This document shows, piece after piece, positions 24,401-38,014 of a stretch of DNA of 64,000 bases. This DNA is from Azolla caroliniana (Eukaryota > Plantae > Polypodiophyta): assembly GCA_043228905.1 (NCBI GenBank), contig JBHGNT010000002.1, positions 14,880,001 to 14,944,000 on the forward strand. The letters are read 5' to 3'. The position numbers and the translations under genes are program-made. The notes under the pieces are model-generated. The model saw only the letters and a list, made by a program, of their open reading frames with translations. It was not told where the DNA came from and did not search any database. Each line of letters opens with the position of its first letter. Within the stretch, counting starts at the first letter, position 1.

Positions 24401-26965
24401 TTGTTGTGGAGTATATCTACATGTGAACTGTCTTCTTATTCCCTGATTGCATAGAAAATCAGAAAATTCATTGGAGAAATACTCTCCTCCTCCATTAGAT
24501 CTTAAACATTTAATTCTTGTACCTGCCTGCTTTTCTACCATGCATTTAAACTTACGAAAACATTCAAACACTTCACTTTTCTCTTTCATGAAATACACCC
24601 ATGTTTTCCTTGAGCAATCATCAATAAAAGTTATATAAAATCTGCAGCCACCGATAGATGCATTCTTCGTTGGTCCCCATACATCCGTATGTACCAAATC
24701 CAACAAATTTTTACTTACATGTCTTTCATGAGGGAATGGCAACCTATTTTGCTTTTCATATTGACATGCTTCACATATCTTTCCCATTTCACAATTTTTC
24801 AGTTTTGGCAGTCCAACCACTGCATCTTTTCTCAACATATTCTTTAAGGTTTGCATACTTATGTGGCCAATCCTTTTATGCCACATTTCCACATCTGAGA
24901 CTACACTCATTCCATTTGCAAACATAGCTGAAATTTGTCTAGGCATGTCAACATCCAAAATAAACATTCTTCCTTGTCGTTTTCCTTTTGCAATGAGCTT
25001 CCCATTCTTTTCTATATAGCATCCACTTTGCTTAGACTTTACTTGCATACCTTGCTCTACTATCTGTCCAACAGAAATCAGATTCTTAGCAAGATTTGGA
25101 ACATGCATTACATTCAACATATATTTAGTCTTTCCTTTTTCTTCCCACAATGGGATGTCTCCAACATGTTCTATTTGGTGTGTACTATTATCACCCGTCT
25201 GTACATAGCCGGGAATCTCTGGTTCTCTTAACCTTTCAAACCAGTTTGCATGTCCAGTCATATGGTTAGATGCCCCCGAGTCTACATACCATGTAAACTC
25301 TTCATTACATTTCTGTGAGCTTTCAGCCAATGCTGCTATCTCATGTTGTACCACAAATGCACCATCTTTTTAGCAATCTTCACTAGTTTGGGCATAGTTA
25401 TTCTGCTGTCTCTTTCCTCTTTGCTCATCATTTTGCTTCTTGTAGCATTCAACCTGTGTGTGGCCTGGTTTTCCACAATACCAACAACCATCATCATTTA
25501 CATATGTTTGCTTACCTCTACCTCAGTTGCTCCCCCTGCCTCTGTTGTTGTTTCTTCCTCTAATGGTTTGTTGTCCTCTTCCTTGATAACCATTATTGTT
25601 GGTTCTTGCTGAGCCAAATCTTCCATGGCCTCTTCCTCGGCCTCTTCCAGCACTATTATATAGGGCTTGCCCCTCATTCTCAAGATTTCCTTTATTTACA
25701 TCATCCATATGATTCCTTTCTTCTACTACAAGCATTGAAACCAGATCTGGAAAGCTTAGGATACTATCCCTTGTAAGCATAGAGGTTTTAAAGCTTTTGT
25801 ATTGAGGTCCTAAGCCTCTTAAGCATATTTCTACCTTACCATCATCTTCTATCTTTACATTGATAGAAGCAAGTGATTCACATATGCTCTTTATTTTCAA
25901 AGCATACTCATTTATTGACATCTTACCTTTTTCTAAGGTATTTAGCTCAGTCTTCAACTCTAGCTTTCTAGCTTTTGTGTTTACTGCAAACAATTTTACC
26001 AAACTGTCCCAAGCTTCTTTTGGGAGCATAGCATCCTGTATGTGCCCAAGCATCGAATCTGAGATGCTAAGTGAGAGCCAATGCATTACCTTCCTTGCCC
26101 TTTGATTCCAATCTTTGAATGCTTTAATCTGTGCTACTGTGGCATTTTCTTCTGGAATCTCCGGAGCCTCTTCTAGGTCTCCTTCAATGTAATCCCAGTA
26201 TCCTTTCCCCATTAGAAAATTTGTCATTCTAAATTTCCACGCCGGGAAATTGTTTTTATCTAGTTTCTCTGTAACTATTTGGCCCGCATTCTCTACAGCC
26301 ATTATCTCTTCCAAACAAGGGTTTCTGCTACGATTACTTCAACAAGTACCTTTCTGATTCAGATCAGCAAATAGAGAAATACCTTTCTCAGATCTATGCA
26401 CTTTTGTACTCTTCTTTATGAGCAACTCTGCTCTGATACCATGTTAAGAAAACGTGAAGAAGGCACTCGGGCTCTTCTTCTGTGTGCGGCGGATCGTGGT
26501 GTGCTAGATCGTTTAGTGCTCAAACACAGAAGGGAAGGGGGAAGGAGACTTACGTTTGTAGCAGCCAAAACTTCTTCTATTTCATTATACGCGGAGCTCT
26601 ACTTGCTCTCGTCTGTCTCTCACTTTTGCTCTCACTCTCTGAGTTCTTTCTCTCTATCTTCACTCTCTCTCTCGGAGTTCTACTTCCTGTGTTTTTTTCT
26701 TTTACTTACCTACTCTCTTACTTTCTACCTAAGTAATAAGTTACTTACGTATGCAGCTAATTAGCTGCATGTCGCTAAATAGCTGTCAGTAGCTAATTAG
26801 CTGTCAGTCGCTAAATAGCTGTTAGTAGCTAATTAGCTGTCAGTCGCTAAATAGCTGTCAATAGCTAATTAGCTGTTTCTCCTTTATGTTCACAAGTAGG
26901 TAAATAACTACTATAGCTTATTTCCCAATAAGCATCACATACCATGTTGAGCTTGCTTCTCAACA
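21429..26965 (-). mobile_element. Full-length AT-rich Ty1/copia element, inactivated
   Basis: LTRs 21429-21934 and 26442-26965. TSD ACTAT. Met PBS at 26431-26441. ORF pieces 26314-25523, 25354-23783, 23779-22823 and 22804-21953 (stops and a frameshift). Confidence 0.96.
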
Positions 26966-29241
26966 ACTATCACTATCCCGGTCAAAGATAGTTTAGCGTG
27001 GCTCCACAAGAATAACTTTTTCCTCAAAGTTATTCTAGGGCCACTCCAGGATATCGAACCGCAACTCCTCTTTGAGTCCATTAGAAGGTATGAGGTTGTG
27101 CCCAACAAGGCGGCTGCTCCTCGCTCACCCAAAATGCAACAGTTTTCTCCCAATTTAACTTAGCTCTAGACGCTATACAAACCTGTAACAAAGCCCCTTC
27201 TACTTGTTGCAAATTCGTTAGAGTCCCATCCACATATAATGCACTATCATCAACAAATTCCGAGTCCAATATATCTTGTCCCTGCATTGGCATCGCCGAA
27301 CCACGCAAGCGTATAGATTGTGATGATATAAATACACGCATTGCTTCCACAAATAAAAGGAACAAAAATGGTGCAAAGCGACATCCCTGATGGACGGACC
27401 GAGTAATGTTAAACCAAGGTCCTAGTCCGCTTGCCAACAACACCTAACTATGTGCATTTCTATAAAGACAAGAATCCATGCCGTGTTGAAGCCAGGTAAT
27501 GCTTAGTACCTTCCAAAAAGTTCCATTCAACCATATCATTTGCTTTCTCAAAATCCAACAACAACATGGCTAGGTTTTGTTTGTTTTTCACCACTACTAT
27601 AGTGGCCTCCACAAACGTCAAAACATTATCCATAATACTCCCTCCCCGCATAAATCCAGTTTGCGATACATGAATTATCTTTGGTAATACCTCTTGTAAT
27701 CGACAACTAAGCAGCTTAGCAAATATTTTATAACTAGTATTCAAGAGGGTGATCGTCCTCCACATACGAATTTATCTTCCGAAACCCCTTCTGTAAATAA
27801 TCCACTCAGATAATGACTTGGGCATCTCTCCAGTTTCGAACATATGTTGATAAGCATCTCTTAAGTCTTTCTGCAATGTCCCCAATATTTCTTGTAGAAT
27901 TTAGGTGTATGACCATCCACTCCATGACAACTATTGTCCAATAATGAGTGTAGCGCTTGTTCCAACCCCAACTCTGTAACAGGTGACATTAATGAATCTC
28001 CGCCCATACCTTCATTATATTTTGTCTGATATCCTCAGAAATAGACTCTTCTGATAAAATTTCGTGGCAATTTCCCTCACAACATTTGGGTTCATTTCAA
28101 CTTTGCCATTTTCATTCCGCACACAATAGGTTACATTAGCTCTCTTAGGGCCTTTAATATTAGAAAATTGGCTCAAACATCTATCCCCAATTTGCGTCCA
28201 TCTTGATGTAGAATTGTGTTAGCGAATTTGACTACGACATTCTTCCATATGTTGAACCTGTTTTCGAGCTTCTTCAAGATGCAAAGCTACCCATGCACAC
28301 TCTGGTCGACCCTGTTGCAATCATTGCAAAGATATCAATGTTGCCCTCAACCTTCTTTCCTTCTCCTGATATTCCATATATTCAAATCTTGATTTCAACA
28401 CAAAATATTGTGATAGCTCCGTCAAAGTAGAAGCCTCCTTGATTGTATTGGGAACATGCATATTATCTTTCTTTCGCCAAATATCTCTCGCTTGAATATA
28501 CCAGTGATCATCTAACATTACTTTTTCGGGTATCCTAAATCGTATGGATGTCATTTTTGATTGACCAAAGGTTCTCAATATAACAGGAGCATGATCAGAG
28601 AAAATTGTGCTTGGCATAATCGTGATATTCCCCCCATTTAAGACAAAGGCCTCCCCCACATAAAAATCTATCCAATATTGAGTGATTGGTTCCACCAATT
28701 CTCCAATCAAAATGTGAGAAACTAAAGGAATCCTAAGATATATAGATATTAGGTTTATGCCATGCATCCAAAATACTCAATTTCAAACACATCCGTTCCC
28801 AGACTGCTAGTTCCTCCCCAAGTATCCGTTGTCACTCTCTCTCCTTTCTTAGCATCCGGGTTCTCAAGCATGTTACCAATGAGACACGTTTGGTAATGCA
28901 TTTGTAATTTCACACCATAAGTGTTTCCTAGCTGATACATGATTTGGCACGTAAATATTCAAGTAACCCCTAGTTGTATGCATATCCTGTAACACAATAT
29001 ATTGTGCTCTTCCTGGCGCAATGATCTCTTTACATATAATACTTGATTTCCAGTGATGTGGAATTTCCATACACACCCTGCCTTGTGTTATTCACATATC
29101 CATATTTCCTTGGACCTTCACCATTGTTCCGATCCTCAAAGTTATCGATCCAAGCATCGGTAAATAGTCCTGACATAATCCCGGGAAGACAATCGTTAAT
29201 GAAAATATCTAATCTCCTTTCCGTATTTAAAACCTTGTTTC

Positions 29242-29786
29242 TGTTGGGAAACATGTCCCTCTAGATGGGAAGAGAAGTACTGTGTTGGTGAGTATCTTGG
29301 CCAAGCCCAAAAGGCCGAGGCCAAAGCCGAAATCGAAATCGAAAACCGAAATCGTTTCGGAAGACTATAATTGTAAATAGTCTAAAATGCCCTTGTGAGC
29401 TATACTTGTAAATAGCTAGGAAGTTGCTTTTGTTTATAAGCAACTAGGGGAAACTTTAGCAAGGGTAGTTGATCATTATTGTAAAGTTAGAATGAGGTAG
29501 TTGCCTCTGAAACCGTGAGTGAGAGTGTAACATTGTAGCCCTCTATCAGAGGAAGGAAAACTCGAGGTCGTTGCCTCCAAGTTCCGTATTTGTACTTCCT
29601 CTCTACTATAGTGATATGTTTTCTCGGGGTTTGTGAACCCACATGGTTTTTCCCATTTCAGGTTTTCCACGTAAAATATCGGTGTCTCTGTCTGTGTCTT
29701 CACGTTTTTTTCGTCTGTGTACTAGCTCTTGGTTTCTGCACACGAATACGAATGAGTAACCGATTGTGGCCGGTCGATTCCTAACA
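29242..29786 (+). mobile_element. Solo copia LTR
   Basis: TG...CA, TSD GTTTC on both sides; start resembles the 44337 LTR (tgttaggaaacaggtccctccggatggga). Confidence 0.9.
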
Positions 29787-30439
29787 GTTTCCAAGGCATC
29801 ACAAATGCACGGGCACCTCTTTCATCAAGAGGACTATGTTCCAACATTATGGACACTAATTTGATCGTATACAATTCCACATGATAAAATCCTCTCCCCA
29901 TAAATTGGACATCTATTATCCTACGAATTAAGCCATGCATAGAGGCTTGTAAGAGATCTTTGCATTCACCTCTATTCGGCCGAGTTGGGTTAGACGATGA
30001 ACTTCCAACTTGAATTCAGCCTCCTCTTTAGGCAAGAATACTATCGACTGAGGCTTCTCCTCAGAATTTGTTGGTGGGGATACTTCTTTAGAGTTGCCCT
30101 GTTGTGTCGTTGAGGTAGTTGTCTGCTGCACTCTCTCTCTTCCTTGTTCCTCCATCTCGTAAAAAATCCATAAGATATGTAACTTGTTTGTATGTGTGAA
30201 AATTTGTAAGGGATATAATATGTAATCTTATGTATTAATATATGTGTATGTGTATATACATATAATATGTAATTTATTTATTTACGTATATTTTTTGTGT
30301 TTGGTATGTATACATGTATGCATTTGTATATAATTGTGTGTATAATGATATATGTGTTTAATATGTAATATATAAAATATGTTTGTAATAATGTGTAGTA
30401 TATATGTATGCATATGTATATATATATAATATGGTTGAT

Positions 30440-30485
30440 CATACATACATACATACATACATACATACATACATACATACATACA

Positions 30486-30521
<36 letters not shown>

Positions 30522-30547
30522 CATGCATACATACATACATACATACA

Positions 30548-30583
<36 letters not shown>

Positions 30584-30649
30584 CATACATACATACATAC
30601 ATACATACATACATACATACATACATACATACATACATACATACATACA

Positions 30650-30680
<31 letters not shown>
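30440..30680. repeat. (TACA)n microsatellite in an AT-rich tract
   Basis: Visible tetranucleotide run. Confidence 0.98.
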
Positions 30681-30682
<2 letters not shown>

Positions 30683-31725
30683 GTATGCATATATTTATAA
30701 ATGTAGTATGCAATGTATTTATGTATATGTATTTATATTTATTTTTCTGGAAAATATTTCATTAGTTATAAGAAGTTATTACCAGCATGTTAACCTACCG
30801 TCAAGCTACCATTGATATGTTGCATTCTTCCTTAGGTCCCCATCCCTAAAGGATAAATAGTATCAACACTCAACCACTCCATAACCTAGTTATGTGATTA
30901 GTGGTGGGAACAACCATACTGGTGGTGCTAAGCACCATTTGAGTCTTGCATTTTGTAATGTGAGAAAATGGGCATTCTTCTAATAGGTATTAAATTCGAG
31001 GCATTGCAACACTGCATCATTTGTCTCACATTTAATTTCATCATTACCGCCCTTTCAAGGTATGCCCCATTTGCATCTAGACATTCCGCACACTTTCCAC
31101 TGGATGAACAATAGTATTACCAAACACCTAGCACACCTAGCAGTCCAAATAAAACACATTGTGGTGTTTTGCATAGCAACTCCCACACTTCTTGCATTGC
31201 CTTTAACATATAAGGAGCTTCCATATGACTTCTTTACACCATTGTTATCCTTCCTCTCTGAATTCTAAGAATCGTATCATTTGGACATGCCTCATATGGC
31301 TACATCATTTGTGCCACTGTAGCTCATACTATCATACCCCACAAAAAATTGCCATCCCTAAACATAAAGGTTAAAATTCGAAACACTCATCTCCAAACTT
31401 GTTGTGCAACTTGATATTCCAACAAGCAATGTTTCAATGTCTCCGCCTGTCAACTACACTAGATGCATGTGGTCGGTCCAACTTATTGTTGAAGCCACTG
31501 GCCGACTGGTAATGTTGTATGTATTACTAGCCATTGGAAGACATTTATTTTCATATCTTGCTTCATTTTCCATAATGCTCTCGAAAACATTGCTAGGAAT
31601 TCGGTTGTGACCCCTTGATGGGTCCAAAATTGACTAGCCCGTGGTGTAGTCCTGCGTTGAGCTGCCAAAATGTGCCTTCCAATCTAAATTGAGTATTGAA
31701 AAACACCACAACTTTTCCCGCACGG

Positions 31726-32398
31726 TGTCATGAAGGATTTTGGCCATAGGAGGAAAATGGAGTTGGATGCGTGTGAACGAGGGTGTGCACAGATGCACGC
31801 AAATCTGACCTTATGTACAAATGGATGTAAATATATGTAGGGTATTTAAAATACTAGGTAGAGTAGAAAAGGGGACATTTTATGTCCCACACGTATAGAG
31901 GACAAAAAGAGGTTTAGAGTGGAGAGAATCGAAGGAAGATCTGAGAGAAAAGTGTCTGCCTTAACAACTTGATGTAACATCTTCTCTATCTCCTTGAACT
32001 ATAAAAGGAGGGAGAGAGGACGTCGAGGGGATCGACGATTTGGGAGGTCGAAGTGCTATCAGTTTGAGAGCTGAACATTCGATTTTCTGTGTTCGTGTAC
32101 CTATGCGATGTTGTGGAGTCCTCTGCTCGCGTAGGAAGCCCGAGTGCTCTCGACTAGAGGCCCACCAGTATTAGTGTCTGTGTGAGTGTGGGTATAGAGA
32201 GCTCGAAGTTCTTCTGCCGGTTGGGTCCGGTTATATCTCTTTTCTATTTCCTCTGATTAGTCATTAGTTTGTTGCTCCTCCTGTGTGTTTGGGCGTCCCT
32301 GTGCTTTATTCTTGCTCTGTTCCTGTTTCAGAGTGCGTTTCTGGGAGCGTGAGCCCGTGAGCTCATTGATGATATTCGGCATCCAGTTCGGAACAACA
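31726..32398 (+). repeat. LTR-like segment without a matching TSD
   Basis: tgtcatga start, ctataaaaggagggaga TATA context, ends aacaaca. Confidence 0.45.
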
Positions 32399-32721
32399 TA
32401 CATCTCTAAGCCCATGCGCTCATTGTTTGGCATCCGGGAATCGATCCGGATAGGATTACATGTTCGGACATCGTTCCGGTGAAGTCGTCAAGAGATCGAT
32501 CCGGACAACCTTTCTTCTCGTGCCGACTCCTTGGTCCGAGACCTTGGCGGTCCCACCCCGTTCCAACATATACCTGTGGAAATCCGCGACAACCGTGAAG
32601 CGGATCTTTCCACCAAAATTCTCCTGGATCCCATTGCAACCTTATCAAAGGTTTCTTTTAAAAAATTCTCAATTTCCAATGCTCCTTGACTGCATCAATT
32701 TGTGGGTGATGATCCACTTAG

Positions 32722-35700
32722 TGATGCGTAAGTGTATGAGGATCTGTCTCAGTTCATACTCAGAAAAAAACACAGAAAAAGAAGCAAAGATATACACTGA
32801 TTGAAGCTTTAATGGAAGCTCTATTACATTCTCTGTCTCACTCTCTTAGAGACTCGATATCCAATATATGGTCAAGAAGATATTCTTTACAACATTAGGC
32901 TATTGCTTCTATATTAAACCCTAACTATGTGGATGAGTTCACACTAGGATACAAAGTGGAAGGAGTCGGCCTTTTATGCCAACAAAATCCCCCATAAAAG
33001 GGCTACTCTTTTCTACACGTACATGTGTTTGGGGTTATCTCCTCCGTAAACCTAGATTACAAAATTAATCTAAATTTATATTACAAGTCAGTCGGCATAT
33101 GGCCGAATCGGTAAAGGTATAGAATGTGTCATCATGGTTGATCCAATTAGCTCTCACCTTTTGCTCCTCATTCAACTTTCTTCTACTCGGTTGCTTGTTG
33201 TAGTCCCATATTTTTCCTTAGTTCTCCGAAGCGTTGATCTAGGAGTGGCTTTGTCTGGCAATCGGCGATATTCACCTCGGTGTCGATCTTCCGAACTTCG
33301 AGCTTCTTCTCGGTTACGAGCTTGCAGATGTGATGATACCGCACCTCAATATGCTTCATCTTTGCATGGTAGACTGGATTGTTGATGATGTGTACTGCGC
33401 TCTGTGAATCGCAATGGATGGTTGGTGATAGCCATCGTTTCTGCTTGTATCTGAGAAGTCAACAAACAGTTAGTGCAACCAAATTGCTTCCTTTGTTGCA
33501 TCCAATGCCACTATGTACTCGGCTTCTGTGGTAGATAGAGTCGTGCACTCTTGAAGTTTTGACCTCCATGATATTGCACCACCACCATAGGTGAAGATGT
33601 AGCCTGATGTTGATTTCCAATTATCTATATTTCCAGCATAGTCGGAATCGGTGTAGCCTTCAACTTCGGTTGAGGTTGTCAAAACAAAAGTCAGGTGTGT
33701 ATCTTCGGTACCTCGAAGACCTCCCAATGCTTCAATCCTGGGTTTGACATGTACCAGATGACCACCCCTACGGCATAGGCTAGGTTAGGTCGGGTCACCA
33801 CCATTGCGTACATGATACTTCCTACGGCCGATGCATAGGGCATCTTTCCATTACGCTCTCTCTCCTTGTCCGTTGAAGGAGAGTCTTTGTCCAATAGTCG
33901 GATCGACGTCGGAAGTAGTGTTGGTGTTGGCTTCGCATTCTCGATGTTGATGCAGTTTAGTATCTTCCGGATATAGTCAGACTAGGAGAGTCAGAGAGTC
34001 TTGGTCATCCGATTTCGCTCGATCCTCATGCCTAGTATGTGTCAGACTTGTCCGAGTTCCTTCATCGTGAACTTGTCATGGAAGCTCCGCTTCAACTTTC
34101 TGATCTCTGCTTGATTGCTTCCTGCAATCAACATGTCGCCGACATATAGGATTGGAAAAATCCTAGACTCGTCAGCTAGTTGCCGAATATACATGCATGG
34201 GTCGGAGTCAGATCAGCGGTATCCAAGCTGCCTTAAGTAGGAGTCAAACTTTTGGTACCACATCCTCGGCACTTGTTTCAAGCTATATAGACTTTTCGTT
34301 AACCGACATACGAGGTGACTATCCTCCCTCGTCGGCGTGAACTGCTTCAACTTTCCGATCTCTGCATGATTGCTTCCTACAATCAGCATGTCATCGACAT
34401 ATAGAATCAGATAAATCCTAGACTCGTTGACCAGTTGCCGAATATACATGCATGGGTCGGAGTTAGATCGGTCGTATCCAAGCTGCCTGATGTAGGAGTC
34501 AAACTTTTGGTACCACATCCTCAGCGCTTGTTTCAAGCTATTTAGACTTTTCATTAACCGACATACGAGGTGACTATCCTCCCCCGTCGGCGTGAAACCT
34601 GCCGATTGAGACATATCGATGTCTTCTTCCAGATCTCCATGTAGCAATGCATTCTTTACATCCATTTGCTCGAGTTCCAAGTCTTTTATCGCAACAACTC
34701 CTAGTAGGAGTCAGAGGTTGGTCATCTTGACTATTGGTGAGAATATCTCGTCGTAGTCAACCCCGTGTTCTTGTTTGAAACCTTTTACGACAAGACGAGC
34801 TTTGTACTTGGGTGTCTCTGAGTCAGATACATATTTGTATCAGAAAACCCTTTTGCAAGGTAGCGGCTAGCTTCAAGCTGGTAGTTCAACCAGTTCCCAT
34901 GTTTGATTCTTCTGGATTGAGGCCATTTCAGATTTCATGGCTTATAGCCATGTGTCAGTGTCCGTTGCAGCCATAGCTTCCTCATAAGTGCTTGGTTCAC
35001 CCGCATTGGTGTAGTTGACATAGTCGAGGCTCGGTTGAAAAAACTCTGTCGGACTTCGAGCTCGTCCAGATCTCCTGGGTGCCAAGATAAGTGGTTTGGA
35101 TTCTTCGATCGATTTAGTTGGGCGATCAGTATTTGTTGAACCATTTGTCTTAGGAGTCTTGTTAGGTGACCCATCCCCAAGTCAGGATTTCCGTGGTGTC
35201 ACATTGTCGACTCGGTTTTGTTTCCTACTTGCATCTTGTTGACTTTGCCTACTTCGACTCTTGTCGAATCGGCTTTGTCGTTGATGGCTTTGTCTTCGAG
35301 TTTGACTAGTGGACTTCCTACCGATTTGGAGTCGGCACGTATGTTGTCGACTTGTTCGAGTTTGACTGTTTGTCGAATCTCTGAGTTAGCCCAGTGGGTC
35401 GGTCCTTCTATGACGTCTCTGTCGTCTTGGAAGGATACCTTTTTACCAACAATTTTCCGCTAAGAGAAGTTAGAGTCTTCATTAAAGACTATGTCACTAC
35501 TCTAGATCAGTTTCCGGTTCTCAGAGTCCCATAGTCTATAGCCGAATTCCCCATCGGTTCCATAACCAAGAAATATGCATTTCATTGCATGGGGTGCCAA
35601 TTTTATCCTTTTATCACTAGGGATGAACGCGTAGGCTTCGCATCCGAATATACGGAGCCTATCATAGGTCGGCAGTTTGCCTGACCATAGTGCTTGTGGC

Positions 35701-38014
35701 ACTTCGAGCCTGATTGCTTTTGACGGCGCCAAATTTATCAGGTATACTGCTGTCTGCAATGCTTCCGCCCAGAATTCCAGCTTCAGTTCGGCTTGTTGAA
35801 GCATTGCCGTCACCCTCTCCTGGATCGTTCTGTTGATCCATTCTGCCACTCCATTTTGCATGGGTGTGTAGGGAACAATGTTTTGATGTCGGATCCCTTT
35901 GTTGGATAGGTACTGTTTGACGAATCTAGAGGTGTACTCACCTCCATTGTCGGATTTGAGTGTCCTCACTATGTGTCCTAACCGATTCTCCACTTCAGAT
36001 ATCCACTGAGTGAAGAGCTCGAGCGCTTCATCTTTGGACTTGATCAAGTAGGCCCAAACCATTCGTGTACAATCATCTACAAAGGTGATGAAGTACCGGG
36101 AGCCTCCTAGTGATCATTCTGGCATGGGCCTACATATATCTGTGTGCACGAGCTCTAGGGGCTATCGTACCATCTCGTAGTGAAGAATGTGCAGACTTCG
36201 GGTCTGTTTCCCATATCAACAATGCTCACAGAAGTCCATCTTCGCTTGGAGTTTTGGCATGTAGCCTACCACCATCAGCCGATCAAGTCCGGCTTGAGAC
36301 ATGTGACCGAGTCGGCCATGCCATAAAGTTTCAGTCGGTCTTTTCAGTTAAGTTCATGTCCCCTTCTGGATTGATTGCCAATAATGGATACAGGTTGTTG
36401 TACTTGTGCATGCCTCCTATCTTTAGGTTTCCTCAATTGATCATCCATACCGACTGACTTAGAGTCGCTTTGAACCCGTCTTCGGCTAGCATGCCGATGG
36501 AGACCAGACTCCTCTTCAGATCAGGTACATGCCGAACTCGGTGCAGGGTTATTGTGTTGCCATTTGGCAATCGGATGGGAACCTCTCCGGTTCCTGCAAT
36601 TCTGCACTCATGCCCGCTGTCTAGACGGACTATGCTGTTGGCGTCGACTTAATATTCCAAAACCCATTCAATGTTGGGGGTCACATGGAATGTGGCATCG
36701 GAATCCAGTAGCCAGATGTGTGCATCCTGTGCACTGTAGAGGACTTCTCCAATCACTGAATCCTCTAACGAGAGAACTTCTCCTGATCAGGAGTCAACAA
36801 CGTTGATTTGGTTGTCGATTGAAGAGTGGTCTGAGTCGGTTCGTCCTTGATTCCGCTCGGATCGCCGACCACTCTCTTTCCTCTTGATTGACCAGCAATC
36901 GAAAACATTATGGCCAGCTTTCATCTGATCGGCCCGTTCTCGACTTCGACTATTGTCGGTCTCCCCTCGTTTTTGATCGGTTGTTATTTTGACCGGTTCT
37001 GTTGGCTTGTTCTCTCGTACGTCTCTGTTGGTCGAACGGCTCAGATGAGTGATGGCCTTCTGCCGATTCATCGATGGTAAGTCCCATCGATTTTCGCTGA
37101 ATTTCCTTGGTGAGGACTTGGCTGATCCTCTCATCTAGATTTAGAATAGGTCGACTACTGGCGTATGTCATACAGAATACCTCCCAACTCACTGACAAGC
37201 TCGGTAGGAGGACAAGGGCTTTCACTTTTTCTTCAAAGTTGATCCCTTGTGAGGAGAGTTTTGACAACACCCTGCTGAAGGTGTTGATGTGGGAGGTAGC
37301 CGGATCCATCTCTCTCATCTTCATGTTGAACAATTGTTTGATCAAAATCAGTTTTGAAGATTCTCGTACACGGCTTGTAGTTTCTCCCATAGTGAGAATG
37401 ATGTCGTCTCTTTTGCCATGCTGAAGTAGACATTTTTGGCTAGGTGCATTCGAATGGTGGAGCATGCGATTGCATCCGTTGATCTCCACTCATTGCCTAA
37501 CATTGAAGCAGGCTTTTCAAAGTGTCAAATGTCCTCGACCTGTCTTCAAATAATCAATACGTCCTGCATCATCTCCTTCCATAGGGCAAAGTTTTTGCCG
37601 TCGAATTTTCGGATCTCAACTCCTGTATCGGATGTTGATGCTATGATTCTTTGTAAATGAGATTTACTAACCTGGTCTTTTCTTTCAGCCTTTTCTGTTG
37701 TTTGTTGCCGCCAGGTAGCAGATCGTCTTTGATACTAGTTGATGCGTAAGTGTATGCAGAAACGTATGACGATTTGTCTCAGTTCGTACTCAGAAAACAA
37801 CAGAGAAAAAGAAGCAAAGATATACACAGATTGAAGCTTTAATGGAAGCTCTATTACATCCTCTGTCTCACTCTCTTAGAGACTCGATATCCAATATATG
37901 GTCAAGAAGATATTCTTTACAACATTAGGTTATTGCTTATATACTAAGCCCTAACTATGTGGACGAGTTCACACTAGGATACAAAGTAGAAGGAGTCGGC
38001 CTTTTATGCCAACA
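32722..38014 (-). mobile_element. Degenerate full-length Ty1/copia element
   Basis: LTRs 32722-32984 and 37740-38014. TSD CTTAG. Mutated Met PBS at ~37727-37737. PPT at 32985-32993. gag, INT (35502-36062), RT and RH fragments. Confidence 0.93.

Larger units (their letters stand above)
13970..30155 (-). mobile_element. Decayed L1-like LINE split by four insertions
   Basis: ORF1-like 29722-30155, APE endonuclease (SDHAPV) 28321-29076, RT (WRTITLLNTSYKI, DFEKAND, SVHQGC, FVDD) 27081-27765. 3' pieces at 13970-14201, 19828-20030 and 21302-21428 rejoin across TSDs. Confidence 0.85.

Noticed and set aside
30278-30815. MYVC/HTYI repeat ORFs
   Set aside because: Translations of the (TACA)n microsatellite.
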